Source: a bacterium
GTDB lineage: Bacteria > Patescibacteriota > Minisyncoccia > UBA6257 > GWB1-50-10
Length of the DNA: 42,041 nt
Reading direction: 5' to 3'
Assembly: GCA_027310975.1 (NCBI GenBank)
Contig: DAICZV010000001.1
Location: forward strand, 1 to 42,041
A model generated the notes under the pieces. The model had not been told where the DNA came from. It saw only the letters and a program-made list of their open reading frames with translations, and did not search any database. This document shows positions 23,949 through 31,906 of the stretch, piece by piece. A program made the position numbers and the translations under genes. The stretch's first letter is position 1, and the number at the start of each line of letters is the position of its first letter.

Positions 23949-24758
23949 TTAATAGACCGTTTCCGTCATGATATCCAGATGTCCGCAGCGGATGCTCGTG
24001 TCAACGCAGATCCGATAGGCCAGTTTTTTAATCTTCTCGTAGAAATAGAGGTCTTGAGTGTAACCGACGAAACGTCCGTCTTTGACCTCGTTCACCGTTT
24101 TAAAAAATGGCCGTTCAAGGCGCGGGTCTTCAAAAATCGCGCGTTTCATCAGGGCAAAACCCATGCCGCAGCCGTTTACTTCTACGGTGTCGCCGGAGCG
24201 CCAGCTCGTATTGACCTCAAAAGGGTTAATGGCATTGATATCCCCATTGCCGTAGACGAGCGGCAGAGACGGCTCGCCCTTGGTCCAGTAAAGTCCGGAG
24301 GCCACGTCAAATTTCTCCATATGCTTGAAAAGCTCAATGAGCGGCCCGAAGGAATTGTCCAGAAAAGGCACGATGATGTCGTCTTCCAGAAAAAGAATAT
24401 AGCGGAAGTTTTTGAGTTCCGGGTTGGATAATATCTGGTCCACTGCCTGATTATAAGCGTCCCCTACCTCATAACCGGAAACGACCATCTCGGTGACTGG
24501 AATATTCATCGGTTTGATGAAGCGCTTCCAGGCCTCCACAATCCAGGGATGAAAGCCGACCCAGTGCTCCACTTCAAAAGGGTGGCCGCATTTCGGGCAT
24601 TTCGCGGACGTGACCCCCTTGCCTCTGGTCGCGATGACGATGATGGTGGAGTAGTTTTTGTAGGTATCGCCGGCGAGAATTTTTGTTTCCCACTTCTTGC
24701 TTTTCGCTTCATTGAACAGCTCATCGCTTTTGAATATTTTGGGTTTGAAGTTATCCAT
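23949..24758 (-). CDS. GT-A fold glycosyltransferase-like protein with a CPKCGH insertion
   Basis: LFLEDDIIVP (DxD-like), GCGMGFALM and a late CGHLD motif are typical of GT2-like enzymes. Confidence 0.5.
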   Translation of the reverse strand: MDNFKPKIFKSDELFNEAKSKKWETKILAGDTYKNYSTIIVIATRGKGVTSAKCPKCGHPFEVEHWVGFHPWIVEAWKRFIKPMNIPVTEMVVSGYEVGDAYNQAVDQILSNPELKNFRYILFLEDDIIVPFLDNSFGPLIELFKHMEKFDVASGLYWTKGEPSLPLVYGNGDINAINPFEVNTSWRSGDTVEVNGCGMGFALMKRAIFEDPRLERPFFKTVNEVKDGRFVGYTQDLYFYEKIKKLAYRICVDTSIRCGHLDIMTETVY

Positions 24759-24762
24759 AAAT

Positions 24763-26253
24763 TTAGAAGCTGGTGAACATTATCCAAGGCATCACCGCCT
24801 TTTGGCCAGTCGCTGCAATAGCTGAAAAAGCGATACTAGCCGGCAAGGTTCCGTTCGTGGCGATTGTCACGCTGTAGATTCCAAGTCCCGGCATGGGCAG
24901 GATGGAACTGGCGGTGTTCAATCCAACGTTGCCGGAATAGGCCGATGCGCCTCCACCCATGATAGAAAACGTCGCGGTAGAATTCCGGACGAGAACCCCG
25001 TACCAGTAATCGCCGGGGGTGAAATTGAAGTTCCCGGTCATGGATATTCTCCGCAGTCCGGCATAAGAACGGGTAATGCTCGCCCCTGAAGGCATTGCGG
25101 TGCTGAACGAGGCGGAAGAAGCCAGGCTGACAAGCGTAGAACTTGCTCCGGCCCCCCGGGTGTAAATTCCCAAACTGGCGGCGATGGAAACCGCGCTCGC
25201 TGTCGCCGCAGAGGCGCCCGATACCATGATGGCCGCATTCGTAGCGCTGATTGCGACCGGCATATGCATCGGGGCTACTGCTAAAGTGCTCACGCCTATA
25301 ACGCCGCCATTGCTCCAGATCCCTGACGGGTAGTTCCATTGGTTTAAGGTGGCTCCCCCGCCGCCGCCCGCCGGGGCGCTCAAGGAGATTGTGTTCCCGT
25401 TCTGAGTGATGCCGACATTCGCCACGTTTGAAATGCTCACGACGCCGGAGGATATCGGCGAGGCGCCGCCGGCCTGGATGCCAGCGATGGTGGTTGAGGC
25501 GTTAGAAATCGCTTGGATGTGGCCGGCTTCGCAGACGAGAGCGCGCGTCATGGCCGAATCGTACCAGAGTGCTCCGTTAAAAGAGCATGTTCCGTTGATG
25601 CTCTCGTCGCCCGTGGTATTGTTCACGTCTAATGAAAGGAAGGTCAGAGTTGAGCTTGTTTGGCCTGCGCCAGCCGCTCCGATTTGAACTTTCTGTGTGA
25701 CGTTCGTCCGGATAGAGCTACCGTAGACATTAGAGGCGGTTTGGGACCAGGCGTCGGAAACTATCTGCTGGCGCGGCGCCAGGGTCTCCAGCCCGGTGGC
25801 GCACGTGAGGGACGATGTAGAAACCTGGACCTGGAGGTAGTAAGTAGAAGTGGACATGAAGTCCAGCGTCGCAAGAGAATCTATCCGGCCGATCTGGTCC
25901 GAGAATATTCCGTCCGTGACGGTCGTCGTGGAATTGCCGGGCGTACCGGCCGGCCAAAGCTGGTTGCCGCTCGTTTGGGCGTCCCAGATGGAATAGCGGA
26001 AGCAGTAGACGCTCCCCGCTCCGCCCAAGGGATTGCCGGATGTGTCCGTGAGACGCCCCTGGTAGGAAATGTAGTCAGGTACGCCGGGCTGGGCTCCCGC
26101 GGGGAGGGGGGCGAATATTTTTCCGGCGATCGCGAGATACAAAAAGAAAGAAAAGACCGCTTCCGCGATGACGATCATAACCACGGCCAATTTGCCGTTC
26201 CTTTTGGCGACCTTAAGCTTAACGCCCTTCTTTTTATCCACGGACAGGCTCAT
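24763..26253 (-). CDS. Membrane-anchored surface protein with a tail-fibre-like N-terminal module and a low-complexity Ser/Ala/Gly-rich C-terminal half
   Basis: TM helix, then ISYQGRLTDTSGNPLGG...LWP (a motif I associate with fibre or adhesin-like proteins), then a long A/S/G/T-rich region. No enzyme motifs. Confidence 0.5.
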   Translation of the reverse strand: MSLSVDKKKGVKLKVAKRNGKLAVVMIVIAEAVFSFFLYLAIAGKIFAPLPAGAQPGVPDYISYQGRLTDTSGNPLGGAGSVYCFRYSIWDAQTSGNQLWPAGTPGNSTTTVTDGIFSDQIGRIDSLATLDFMSTSTYYLQVQVSTSSLTCATGLETLAPRQQIVSDAWSQTASNVYGSSIRTNVTQKVQIGAAGAGQTSSTLTFLSLDVNNTTGDESINGTCSFNGALWYDSAMTRALVCEAGHIQAISNASTTIAGIQAGGASPISSGVVSISNVANVGITQNGNTISLSAPAGGGGGATLNQWNYPSGIWSNGGVIGVSTLAVAPMHMPVAISATNAAIMVSGASAATASAVSIAASLGIYTRGAGASSTLVSLASSASFSTAMPSGASITRSYAGLRRISMTGNFNFTPGDYWYGVLVRNSTATFSIMGGGASAYSGNVGLNTASSILPMPGLGIYSVTIATNGTLPASIAFSAIAATGQKAVMPWIMFTSF

Positions 26254-26257
26254 AGAT

Positions 26258-26890
26258 TTAAAATTTTAAATTATCCGCGGCGGCGTGCGTCGCTTCGTAA
26301 GCTTTTTTGAACAGGTCCTTCAACTCTTTGAGCGGCGGGAGCGCCCGGGCGTTATAGTGAGCATTGTGATGGATAACGAACTCCAGGGGCGCCGTGACCT
26401 TGGTGAAATAGGCGTCGGTTCGCCGGCCGCTCTTTTCGGCGGATGTCCATTGGTAGCCGAGGTCCAAAAGACTCTCGCCGATTGCGAGCGGCATTTTGGA
26501 TATCTCGTTCCAGATGTCCCCGATGCGGATGATATCGGCTGTCTGATAGAAAACGTCAAAGTTGAAACCGAAGGCCTCTATCTCCATCGTCCGCTTCTCG
26601 CGTAGCTTATCGTAGGCCTTCGTCATTTCCTCCATGAGGAGCGAATCTTCCGGTTCCAGAGCCCGCAGGTCCTCCGCCCGCAGGCGGTTCCCTTCCCAGG
26701 CGATCTGGAGCTTCAAGACCGGCACGTCCAGGACCTTCGTCCGGACGAGCGGATCGTCCACGAGTTGAACGCCCCGACCGAGATCGCCGGAATAAAGCGC
26801 CGCCATCTCGTCGTTTTCGGGCGGCGGTAAATTCCGGTCGCGGAAGACCAGGACGACATTGCTTTTGTGGAGCGATTTGGAATTTATCAT
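26258..26890 (-). CDS. Hypothetical soluble protein (210 aa)
   Basis: No signal peptide and no recognisable motifs. The ATG overlaps the upstream TGA (ATGA), so it is translationally coupled within TU1. Confidence 0.5.
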   Translation of the reverse strand: MINSKSLHKSNVVLVFRDRNLPPPENDEMAALYSGDLGRGVQLVDDPLVRTKVLDVPVLKLQIAWEGNRLRAEDLRALEPEDSLLMEEMTKAYDKLREKRTMEIEAFGFNFDVFYQTADIIRIGDIWNEISKMPLAIGESLLDLGYQWTSAEKSGRRTDAYFTKVTAPLEFVIHHNAHYNARALPPLKELKDLFKKAYEATHAAADNLKF

Positions 26891-28404
26891 TGGCTTGCGG
26901 TGAAGGAGATTTGGAACATTCCCGGGCGCGGTTGCCAGGAACCCCTGGTTCCTTGGTCGCCCACAATCAGATAATATGCCGCGCTCTTCAGTTCGGAAGG
27001 CAGGTCGTTATCGGAAATTGTGCGGCTGAACTCGCCGTTCTCGCACCGGAAGGCCTTGTTGAAAATAGCCGAAGAGGGGTCGGTGATGTAATCGTTCGGG
27101 TGCGTGAAGACAAGAATGGTGTAATAAGCGTTCATGCAGGTTCCTTCTATTTGGATGACGTTCTGGCCGACAAGCGTTACGGCTGGCAAGGCGTCGTTCG
27201 TAATACGGTCGGTTTGAATATTCCGTTCCGATGCCCAAGGCATTGGCCCGCTCAATATGTTCTGAATGGAATCAAGGGTGAAAGAATAACGGTGCGCAGG
27301 TGGGACGCTAAGAGTAGGCTGAATGGCTTGGTCTTGGGTGCCGGTGGCGATTTCCGGTTGGCCGTTTAAAGCGTTCGTGACGGCATCGGCAACATTGCTT
27401 ATGACGCCGCTCACCGCATCCGTTAGGTTCGCGGCTGCGTCCAGGGCGGCGTTCGCCCCGGATTTGAGCGTGTCCACGATGGACTGGTCATAGTCCACCT
27501 GGAGCCACATGCCATCCAATTGGACGGTCGGCATATCCACTGTCGGTAGCGGGTTCAGCTGAATTTGGATGTTATCAATGTCAGTCCACGAGCTGACGGG
27601 GATATTGAACGTTAGGTCCTGCCAATTATCCCGGCTCACTTCGCCCAAGGTCTGCCAATTTTGACCGTCCAGGGAGTAGCTCGCTTCTAAGAACCCCGGC
27701 GCGGGCGGGGTTTGGGCCGCGGCGCGATTCAAAAAGATTCCAGCGATGAAGTTGCCTACGCCGTCCAGGAAAGATGTCGTTGTCGCGGTCGTTGTGGCAT
27801 CTGGCGTGCCGGCGTCGGGTGTGCTAGATGTCGCCGTTGATGTCGTAAGGTCGGATGCGGTGGACGAAGCTTCAATTAATAAAACAGCGGACACATCCGA
27901 AGTGGTGGATGTGTCCGAAGTGGAAGAAACGGCTGCGGCTACGCCGGAGGCGTCCGCAGGAGCGGATGAGGTTGAATCGGATGACGATGAGGTTTGGTCT
28001 CCGAAGACTGGCGGCGAGGCATCGGTCGTTGATGAAGCGGTTGAACTGTTGATGACGGCATTCCAAGCTTGGCTGTCCGCATCCACGGAGATGGCCGCCG
28101 GCGGAGCGTTCGCTACGATATTCCAGGCAAAACTTAGAATGACCTTGGTCGGCGATTCGGACTGATCATTGGATTTGAAATAGCCGCAGAATATCTGAGC
28201 CGCGGTTTGGTTCAAGACCGCCGGATTGCCGTCCGGCTCCCCCGCCGCATTCCCCGGATTTTGCCAACCGCCCAGGCAGACGGTCGGGTAGGCATTCAAT
28301 GAAGCTGCTTGAGCCCGATTGAGCGAAACCTCTTTTTTGGCCGGCAAAAAAAGAAGCAGAAATAACGTCCCTATGGCGAACGCCCGCAAGAGCCCTCTTT
28401 TCAT
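26887..28404 (-). CDS. Secreted Ser/Thr-rich protein ending in the shared 2-Cys domain (first gene of TU1)
   Basis: Signal peptide and a long S/T/D/A low-complexity linker. The C-terminus reads CMNAYYTILVFTHPNDYITDPSSAIFNKAFRC...YYLIVGDQGTRGSWQP. Confidence 0.6.
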   Translation of the reverse strand: MKRGLLRAFAIGTLFLLLFLPAKKEVSLNRAQAASLNAYPTVCLGGWQNPGNAAGEPDGNPAVLNQTAAQIFCGYFKSNDQSESPTKVILSFAWNIVANAPPAAISVDADSQAWNAVINSSTASSTTDASPPVFGDQTSSSSDSTSSAPADASGVAAAVSSTSDTSTTSDVSAVLLIEASSTASDLTTSTATSSTPDAGTPDATTTATTTSFLDGVGNFIAGIFLNRAAAQTPPAPGFLEASYSLDGQNWQTLGEVSRDNWQDLTFNIPVSSWTDIDNIQIQLNPLPTVDMPTVQLDGMWLQVDYDQSIVDTLKSGANAALDAAANLTDAVSGVISNVADAVTNALNGQPEIATGTQDQAIQPTLSVPPAHRYSFTLDSIQNILSGPMPWASERNIQTDRITNDALPAVTLVGQNVIQIEGTCMNAYYTILVFTHPNDYITDPSSAIFNKAFRCENGEFSRTISDNDLPSELKSAAYYLIVGDQGTRGSWQPRPGMFQISFTASQ

Positions 28405-28416
28405 TGGGTTTATTTA

Positions 28417-28425
28417 ATTTTAGCA
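28417..28425 (-). promoter_or_regulatory. Extended -10-like TGCTAAAAT 12 nt before the ATG at 28404
   Basis: Minus strand TGCTAAAAT-TAAATAAACCC-ATG. No SD. It follows the terminator at 28436-28461. Confidence 0.4.
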
Positions 28426-28435
28426 CAACGCGGCG

Positions 28436-28461
28436 CGAAAAAACCGGCCTTAAGCCGGTTT
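28436..28461 (-). terminator. Terminator after the SIMPL-domain gene
   Basis: Minus strand AACCGGC-TTAAG-GCCGGTT followed by TTTTTCG. Confidence 0.65.
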
Positions 28462-28477
28462 AATCGCTGTTAGCATA

Positions 28478-29257
28478 TCACTTCATCGTGAAGGTCGCGT
28501 GGACGAGATAAGTAATGAGCTTTTCAATGGAGGTTGTGTCGTAATAGCCGTAATCCGAGACCTGGGTGGAGTTCACGGGCGTGATCTGCGTGACGCCGAT
28601 ACTGGACGAGCGCAGGTTCCCGACTGAGGCGCCCACTCCCTCCGTGATGGATAGGGCCCGCGCTTTGGCATCGCTTAAGGCCTCCGCGAGCATGCCGCTC
28701 CGGATTCCGTCCAAAGTCGTGTTGGATATGTAGTATTCCGGATTCTGGCTCGTGAAGACCATCCCCTGGCTCACGAAATACTGGGAAGCGTCCTGAGCGA
28801 GTTTGGTCACGCCGTCCACATTACTGGATTCAACGAGGATGTCTTGCGAGAGGTCATAACCGGAAAGCGTGCCGGACATGCCGCCGTAGAACTTGCCGGT
28901 CACGACGCCGTTCTGGGTCTGGTAGACCGGGTTCACGACGAGCGGGCTCACGGTTATGTCAGAGGTTGCGACGCCGTTCTTCTCAAAATAGGCCAGAACC
29001 GCGTTCAGGTCGGATTGCATGGCCGCCGAACCGGATTTTAAGTCGGCCGTCGCCGGTCCGGCCTGTTCCGATATATTGCTCCGCCATTTAACGTCATCGG
29101 ACTTCAGTTCTTTCGTGGCCACGCCCGAAACGGTGATGATGGCGTTGTCGTATGTCTTAACGTAATTGATGACGTAGCCGACGATTACGGCGACGATGAT
29201 AAGGCTCGCTCCGAGGATTATGCCGAATGGTATTAACTTGGATTTATTCTCGTTCAT
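28478..29257 (-). CDS. SIMPL (DUF541) domain protein
   Basis: N-terminal TM helix, then ITVSGVATKELKSDDVKWR... The length and pattern are typical of the 26-kDa periplasmic immunogenic protein family. Confidence 0.6.
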   Translation of the reverse strand: MNENKSKLIPFGIILGASLIIVAVIVGYVINYVKTYDNAIITVSGVATKELKSDDVKWRSNISEQAGPATADLKSGSAAMQSDLNAVLAYFEKNGVATSDITVSPLVVNPVYQTQNGVVTGKFYGGMSGTLSGYDLSQDILVESSNVDGVTKLAQDASQYFVSQGMVFTSQNPEYYISNTTLDGIRSGMLAEALSDAKARALSITEGVGASVGNLRSSSIGVTQITPVNSTQVSDYGYYDTTSIEKLITYLVHATFTMK

Positions 29258-29277
29258 AAAGTTATTGTATCACGCGC

Positions 29278-29814
29278 CTATTGTTTTATCTCGACCAGCG
29301 CTCCACCTTGGACGGCAAAATATTTGGAAACTCCCAAGGAAGGCCGGGTCGTCATCGGCTCGCCCGGATATCGGTCGGCGTAGTTAACCAAAATCACTCC
29401 GTTATTAATTGAAATGTTCTGCGGGGCGATGCGGTCTCCCAAGTAGAAAGCGTTTGTGCCCATGGTGCCCTGGCTGCTGTTTAAAGCCGCCGCGACATAG
29501 AAGAAGGTTCCGCTTCCGCCGCTATCCTGCGTAATGAGCATGGCGGCATCCGGCCGGCCGTCGCCATTCAAATCGCCCGAGGCGGGCGTGCCGAAGATGC
29601 GCGTCGTGACCATTAAGGCCGAGCCGGGCGCGGCGGGCGTTTGCGAAAAGCCGTTCAAAAGCGCGACGTTCTGGCCGTTGATGACATAGGTTGCGTTTTG
29701 CGGGTCAAAACTCACGGCCACCGGTGCGGCCGGCGCCGGAGTGTACACATATATAAGACCGATACCGGCCGCGATGACCAGGCCGGCGATGATTAATTGC
29801 CATTCCCTCTTCAT
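29278..29814 (-). CDS. Membrane-anchored protein with an FG-GAP/VCBS-like GDLNGDGRPD motif
   Basis: Start set at MKREWQLIIAGL (29814), because the longer ORF overlaps tRNA-Leu. One TM helix. Function unknown. Confidence 0.55.
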   Translation of the reverse strand: MKREWQLIIAGLVIAAGIGLIYVYTPAPAAPVAVSFDPQNATYVINGQNVALLNGFSQTPAAPGSALMVTTRIFGTPASGDLNGDGRPDAAMLITQDSGGSGTFFYVAAALNSSQGTMGTNAFYLGDRIAPQNISINNGVILVNYADRYPGEPMTTRPSLGVSKYFAVQGGALVEIKQ

Positions 29815-29835
29815 TACTTGTATTGTAGCAAATTG

Positions 29836-29918
29836 TGCCCAGGAGAGGACTCGAACCTCCATGCCTTGCGGCGCTATCACCTCAAGATAGTGCGTGTACC
29901 AAGTTTCGCCACCTGGGC
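29836..29918 (-). tRNA. tRNA-Leu (anticodon GAG)
   Basis: Manual fold: GCCCAGG TG GCGAAACTTGGTACACGC A CTATC TTGAGGT GATAG CGCCGCAAGGCAT GGAGG TTCGAGT CCTCT CCTGGGC A. 83 nt with a long variable arm, no encoded CCA. Confidence 0.9.
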
Positions 29919-29922
29919 ATTT

Positions 29923-30585
29923 TTATAGCGCCTTCCCGATGCTTTTAAGAACTTTTTCTATTTTTGTCCGCTTTCTGGAAAGGCAAACTACGCCATCATC
30001 ATAATATAACTTAGGCAATAACTTCAAGGAATCCGCTTTCGCGTATTTTAGCTGGTATACAGAATCGTTGATGCTTTTAGTGATATGGCCGCTTATGCCC
30101 AGGTGCTTCTTTATTTTGGATCGTAGCCATTCAATGTGCATCTTGCTGGCCGAATCAAAACATGTATAGAACATAAAGCTGGAGCGCCAGCGCGGGTCCC
30201 AATAGGAATAAAAGGTGCCGTCACCGTCAAAATGCCCGCGCAAAAAATCAAAGAAATACTTATTTGGTACTGTTATGCCACGAAGCGTTTTTGACTTATG
30301 GGGCGTTAGACCGATGGAGATGAGAAATCTAAAAAACAAGACATCCCCGAATTGCACCCTTAATGCCGGATTAATGCTCCCGACGTTGTGATTACCAATG
30401 CTATTGGTCAGACCCAAGCATCCGATGAAATTATCTATTTGTTCTTTATCTTTTGAAACTAGTGAGATGTGACGCTTGTCGGACGAAAGGCAACCGTCAG
30501 TCGTGATTAGGCCGATCGCGTAAGCGAACTTGGGCGACCACTGGATGGCCACCTTCCCTTGGGGTTTAGTTCCCCTCCTTCCCAT
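29923..30585 (-). CDS. Free-standing two-motif LAGLIDADG homing endonuclease family protein
   Basis: The two motifs are YAIGLITTDGC and FLRGHFDGDGTF. 220 aa, visibly AT-richer than the flanks. Its stop lies 4 nt before the tRNA-Leu 5' end. Confidence 0.8.
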   Translation of the reverse strand: MGRRGTKPQGKVAIQWSPKFAYAIGLITTDGCLSSDKRHISLVSKDKEQIDNFIGCLGLTNSIGNHNVGSINPALRVQFGDVLFFRFLISIGLTPHKSKTLRGITVPNKYFFDFLRGHFDGDGTFYSYWDPRWRSSFMFYTCFDSASKMHIEWLRSKIKKHLGISGHITKSINDSVYQLKYAKADSLKLLPKLYYDDGVVCLSRKRTKIEKVLKSIGKAL

Positions 30586-30593
30586 ACGCTTTA

Positions 30594-30599
30594 ATTATA
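30594..30599 (-). promoter_or_regulatory. -10 box TATAAT 8 nt before the LAGLIDADG ATG (leaderless-type)
   Basis: Minus strand GGTATAAT-TAAAGCGT-ATG. No SD. Confidence 0.45.
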
Positions 30600-30633
30600 C
30601 CTCAAGGTAATAGCGTATACCGTTAATAATTTA

Positions 30634-30658
30634 ACAAAAAACCGCCTGGCTAGGCGGT
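30634..30658 (-). terminator. Terminator overlapping the rplS stop codon
   Basis: Minus strand ACCGCCT-AGCC-AGGCGGT followed by TTTTTTGTT. The rplS TAG spans the stem-loop junction. Confidence 0.7.
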
Positions 30659-30976
30659 CGTTTTGAGCTTCTCGCGGACCTGCTTATGGGAAAGCTCGCG
30701 GACGAAGTAGAGCTTGGAACGGTGGACCTTCCGTGCCACGGAAAGGACGCTAAGCTTCGCGATCATAGGCGAATGGATGGGATAGACCTTCTCCACGCCC
30801 ACGTCGTGAAGCGTCGCCCGAACGGTGAACGAGGCGCCGGCCTCGCTGCCGTGCTTCCGCGCGATTACCAGGCCTTCAAAGACGCTCTGGCGCTCCTTAT
30901 CGCCTTCTTTAACGCGTTCGGTCACCCGGACCTTGGCGCCGGGCCTTATTTTTTCCAATATCTTCTCGTCAATCAT
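30650..30976 (-). CDS. rplS: 50S ribosomal protein L19
   Basis: IRPGAKVRVTERVKEGDKERQSVFEGLVIARKHG...VEKVYPIHSP. Confidence 0.92.
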   Translation of the reverse strand: MIDEKILEKIRPGAKVRVTERVKEGDKERQSVFEGLVIARKHGSEAGASFTVRATLHDVGVEKVYPIHSPMIAKLSVLSVARKVHRSKLYFVRELSHKQVREKLKTTA

Positions 30977-31010
30977 AGTCTTTGGAGTTTAACAGCTTAT
31001 CGGAACCGCG

Positions 31011-31778
31011 TCAATCGTACGAGACCGTCTCCTCCTCTGCCTCCTTGGCTTCGTGGAGGCCCCGCAAAAAGTCCTGCAGATCTTCCGGCAATTCCGCCTC
31101 TATCTTCAGCCGGCTGCCGTCCGCGAGCGTGAACTCCACCGCTCCGGCGTGGAGGAACTGGCGCGCGAGGCCGAGCTTTTTGTCTTCCTTGGGCCGGCCG
31201 TAGAGCGCGTCCCCGACGATGGGGTGGCCGATCGCCGCAAGGTGCACCCGGATCTGGTGCGTCCGCCCGGTTTGGGGCGTGACTTCCAGCAGGGTGTAAA
31301 TGTCCGGGCCGCTTTTGAGGACCTTAAGAACCCGGTAGGCCGTCACGGCGTCCTTCACCATCTTCATGCCGGGCGCGTTCACGCTCCTTTTGACCGACCC
31401 GGACTTGAGGCCGATGGGCTTTTCTATCTTTCCCCGGCCGGCCATCCGGCCCCGCACCAGGGCGATATACGTTTTTTGAACTTCGTGCTTCTGAAAGAGG
31501 CCTTTCAGGTACTCAAACGTCGGCTGGTTTTTGGCAATGAGGACAATGCCGGAGGTATCCTCGTCCAGGCGATGGACGATACCCGGACGCAGGTTCGGCT
31601 CGTCCCCGACCTCCCGGGCTTCCGGATAGCGTGATTTTATCCAATCCGTGAGTACATTCTCCGTCTGGGAGGCCTTAGGCCCCTTTTCCGGCCTATGGAC
31701 GAGCACCCCGGCCGGCTTATTTACAGCCAGGAGGTCGTCGTTCTCGTATATGACGTGAAGACCGTCTAAATGGTCCAT
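31011..31778 (-). CDS. RluA-family pseudouridine synthase (RluD-like, no S4 domain)
   Basis: HRLDEDTSGIVLIAK catalytic motif and GRTHQIRVHLAAIGHPIVGD. Confidence 0.85.
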   Translation of the reverse strand: MDHLDGLHVIYENDDLLAVNKPAGVLVHRPEKGPKASQTENVLTDWIKSRYPEAREVGDEPNLRPGIVHRLDEDTSGIVLIAKNQPTFEYLKGLFQKHEVQKTYIALVRGRMAGRGKIEKPIGLKSGSVKRSVNAPGMKMVKDAVTAYRVLKVLKSGPDIYTLLEVTPQTGRTHQIRVHLAAIGHPIVGDALYGRPKEDKKLGLARQFLHAGAVEFTLADGSRLKIEAELPEDLQDFLRGLHEAKEAEEETVSYD

Positions 31779-31823
31779 AAAGCCATTATAGGCCTCATTT
31801 TAAGCGGTTTCCAGAGGTTTCTA

Positions 31824-31851
31824 TTGACTTTTAGGCCAGTTATGATAGAAT
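31824..31851 (+). promoter_or_regulatory. Candidate promoter of the 3D-domain gene
   Basis: TTGACT-16 nt-TAGAAT with TGA in the extended -10 position. Confidence 0.5.
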
Positions 31852-31861
31852 ACGCCTACAA

Positions 31862-31886
31862 TCCCCAAGGTCGGGGGTTTTTGTTT
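31862..31886 (+). promoter_or_regulatory. Terminator-like hairpin in the 5' UTR of the 3D-domain gene
   Basis: CCCC-AAGGTC-GGGG(G) followed by TTTTTGTTT, 20 nt before the ATG. Confidence 0.35.
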
Positions 31887-31906
31887 AGAAGAGAAATAAC
31901 AAATCA

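Noticed and set aside
29923-30585. The LAGLIDADG gene as part of a group I intron or an intein.
   Set aside because: There are no flanking exon halves of an rRNA, tRNA or protein gene. rplS ends with its own terminator upstream, tRNA-Leu is intact downstream, and the ORF has its own start and stop.
31852-31906. A ydaO/cyclic-di-AMP riboswitch upstream of the 3D-domain gene.
   Set aside because: The leader is only about 50 nt, far shorter than that riboswitch class, and I see none of its pseudo-symmetric conserved segments.
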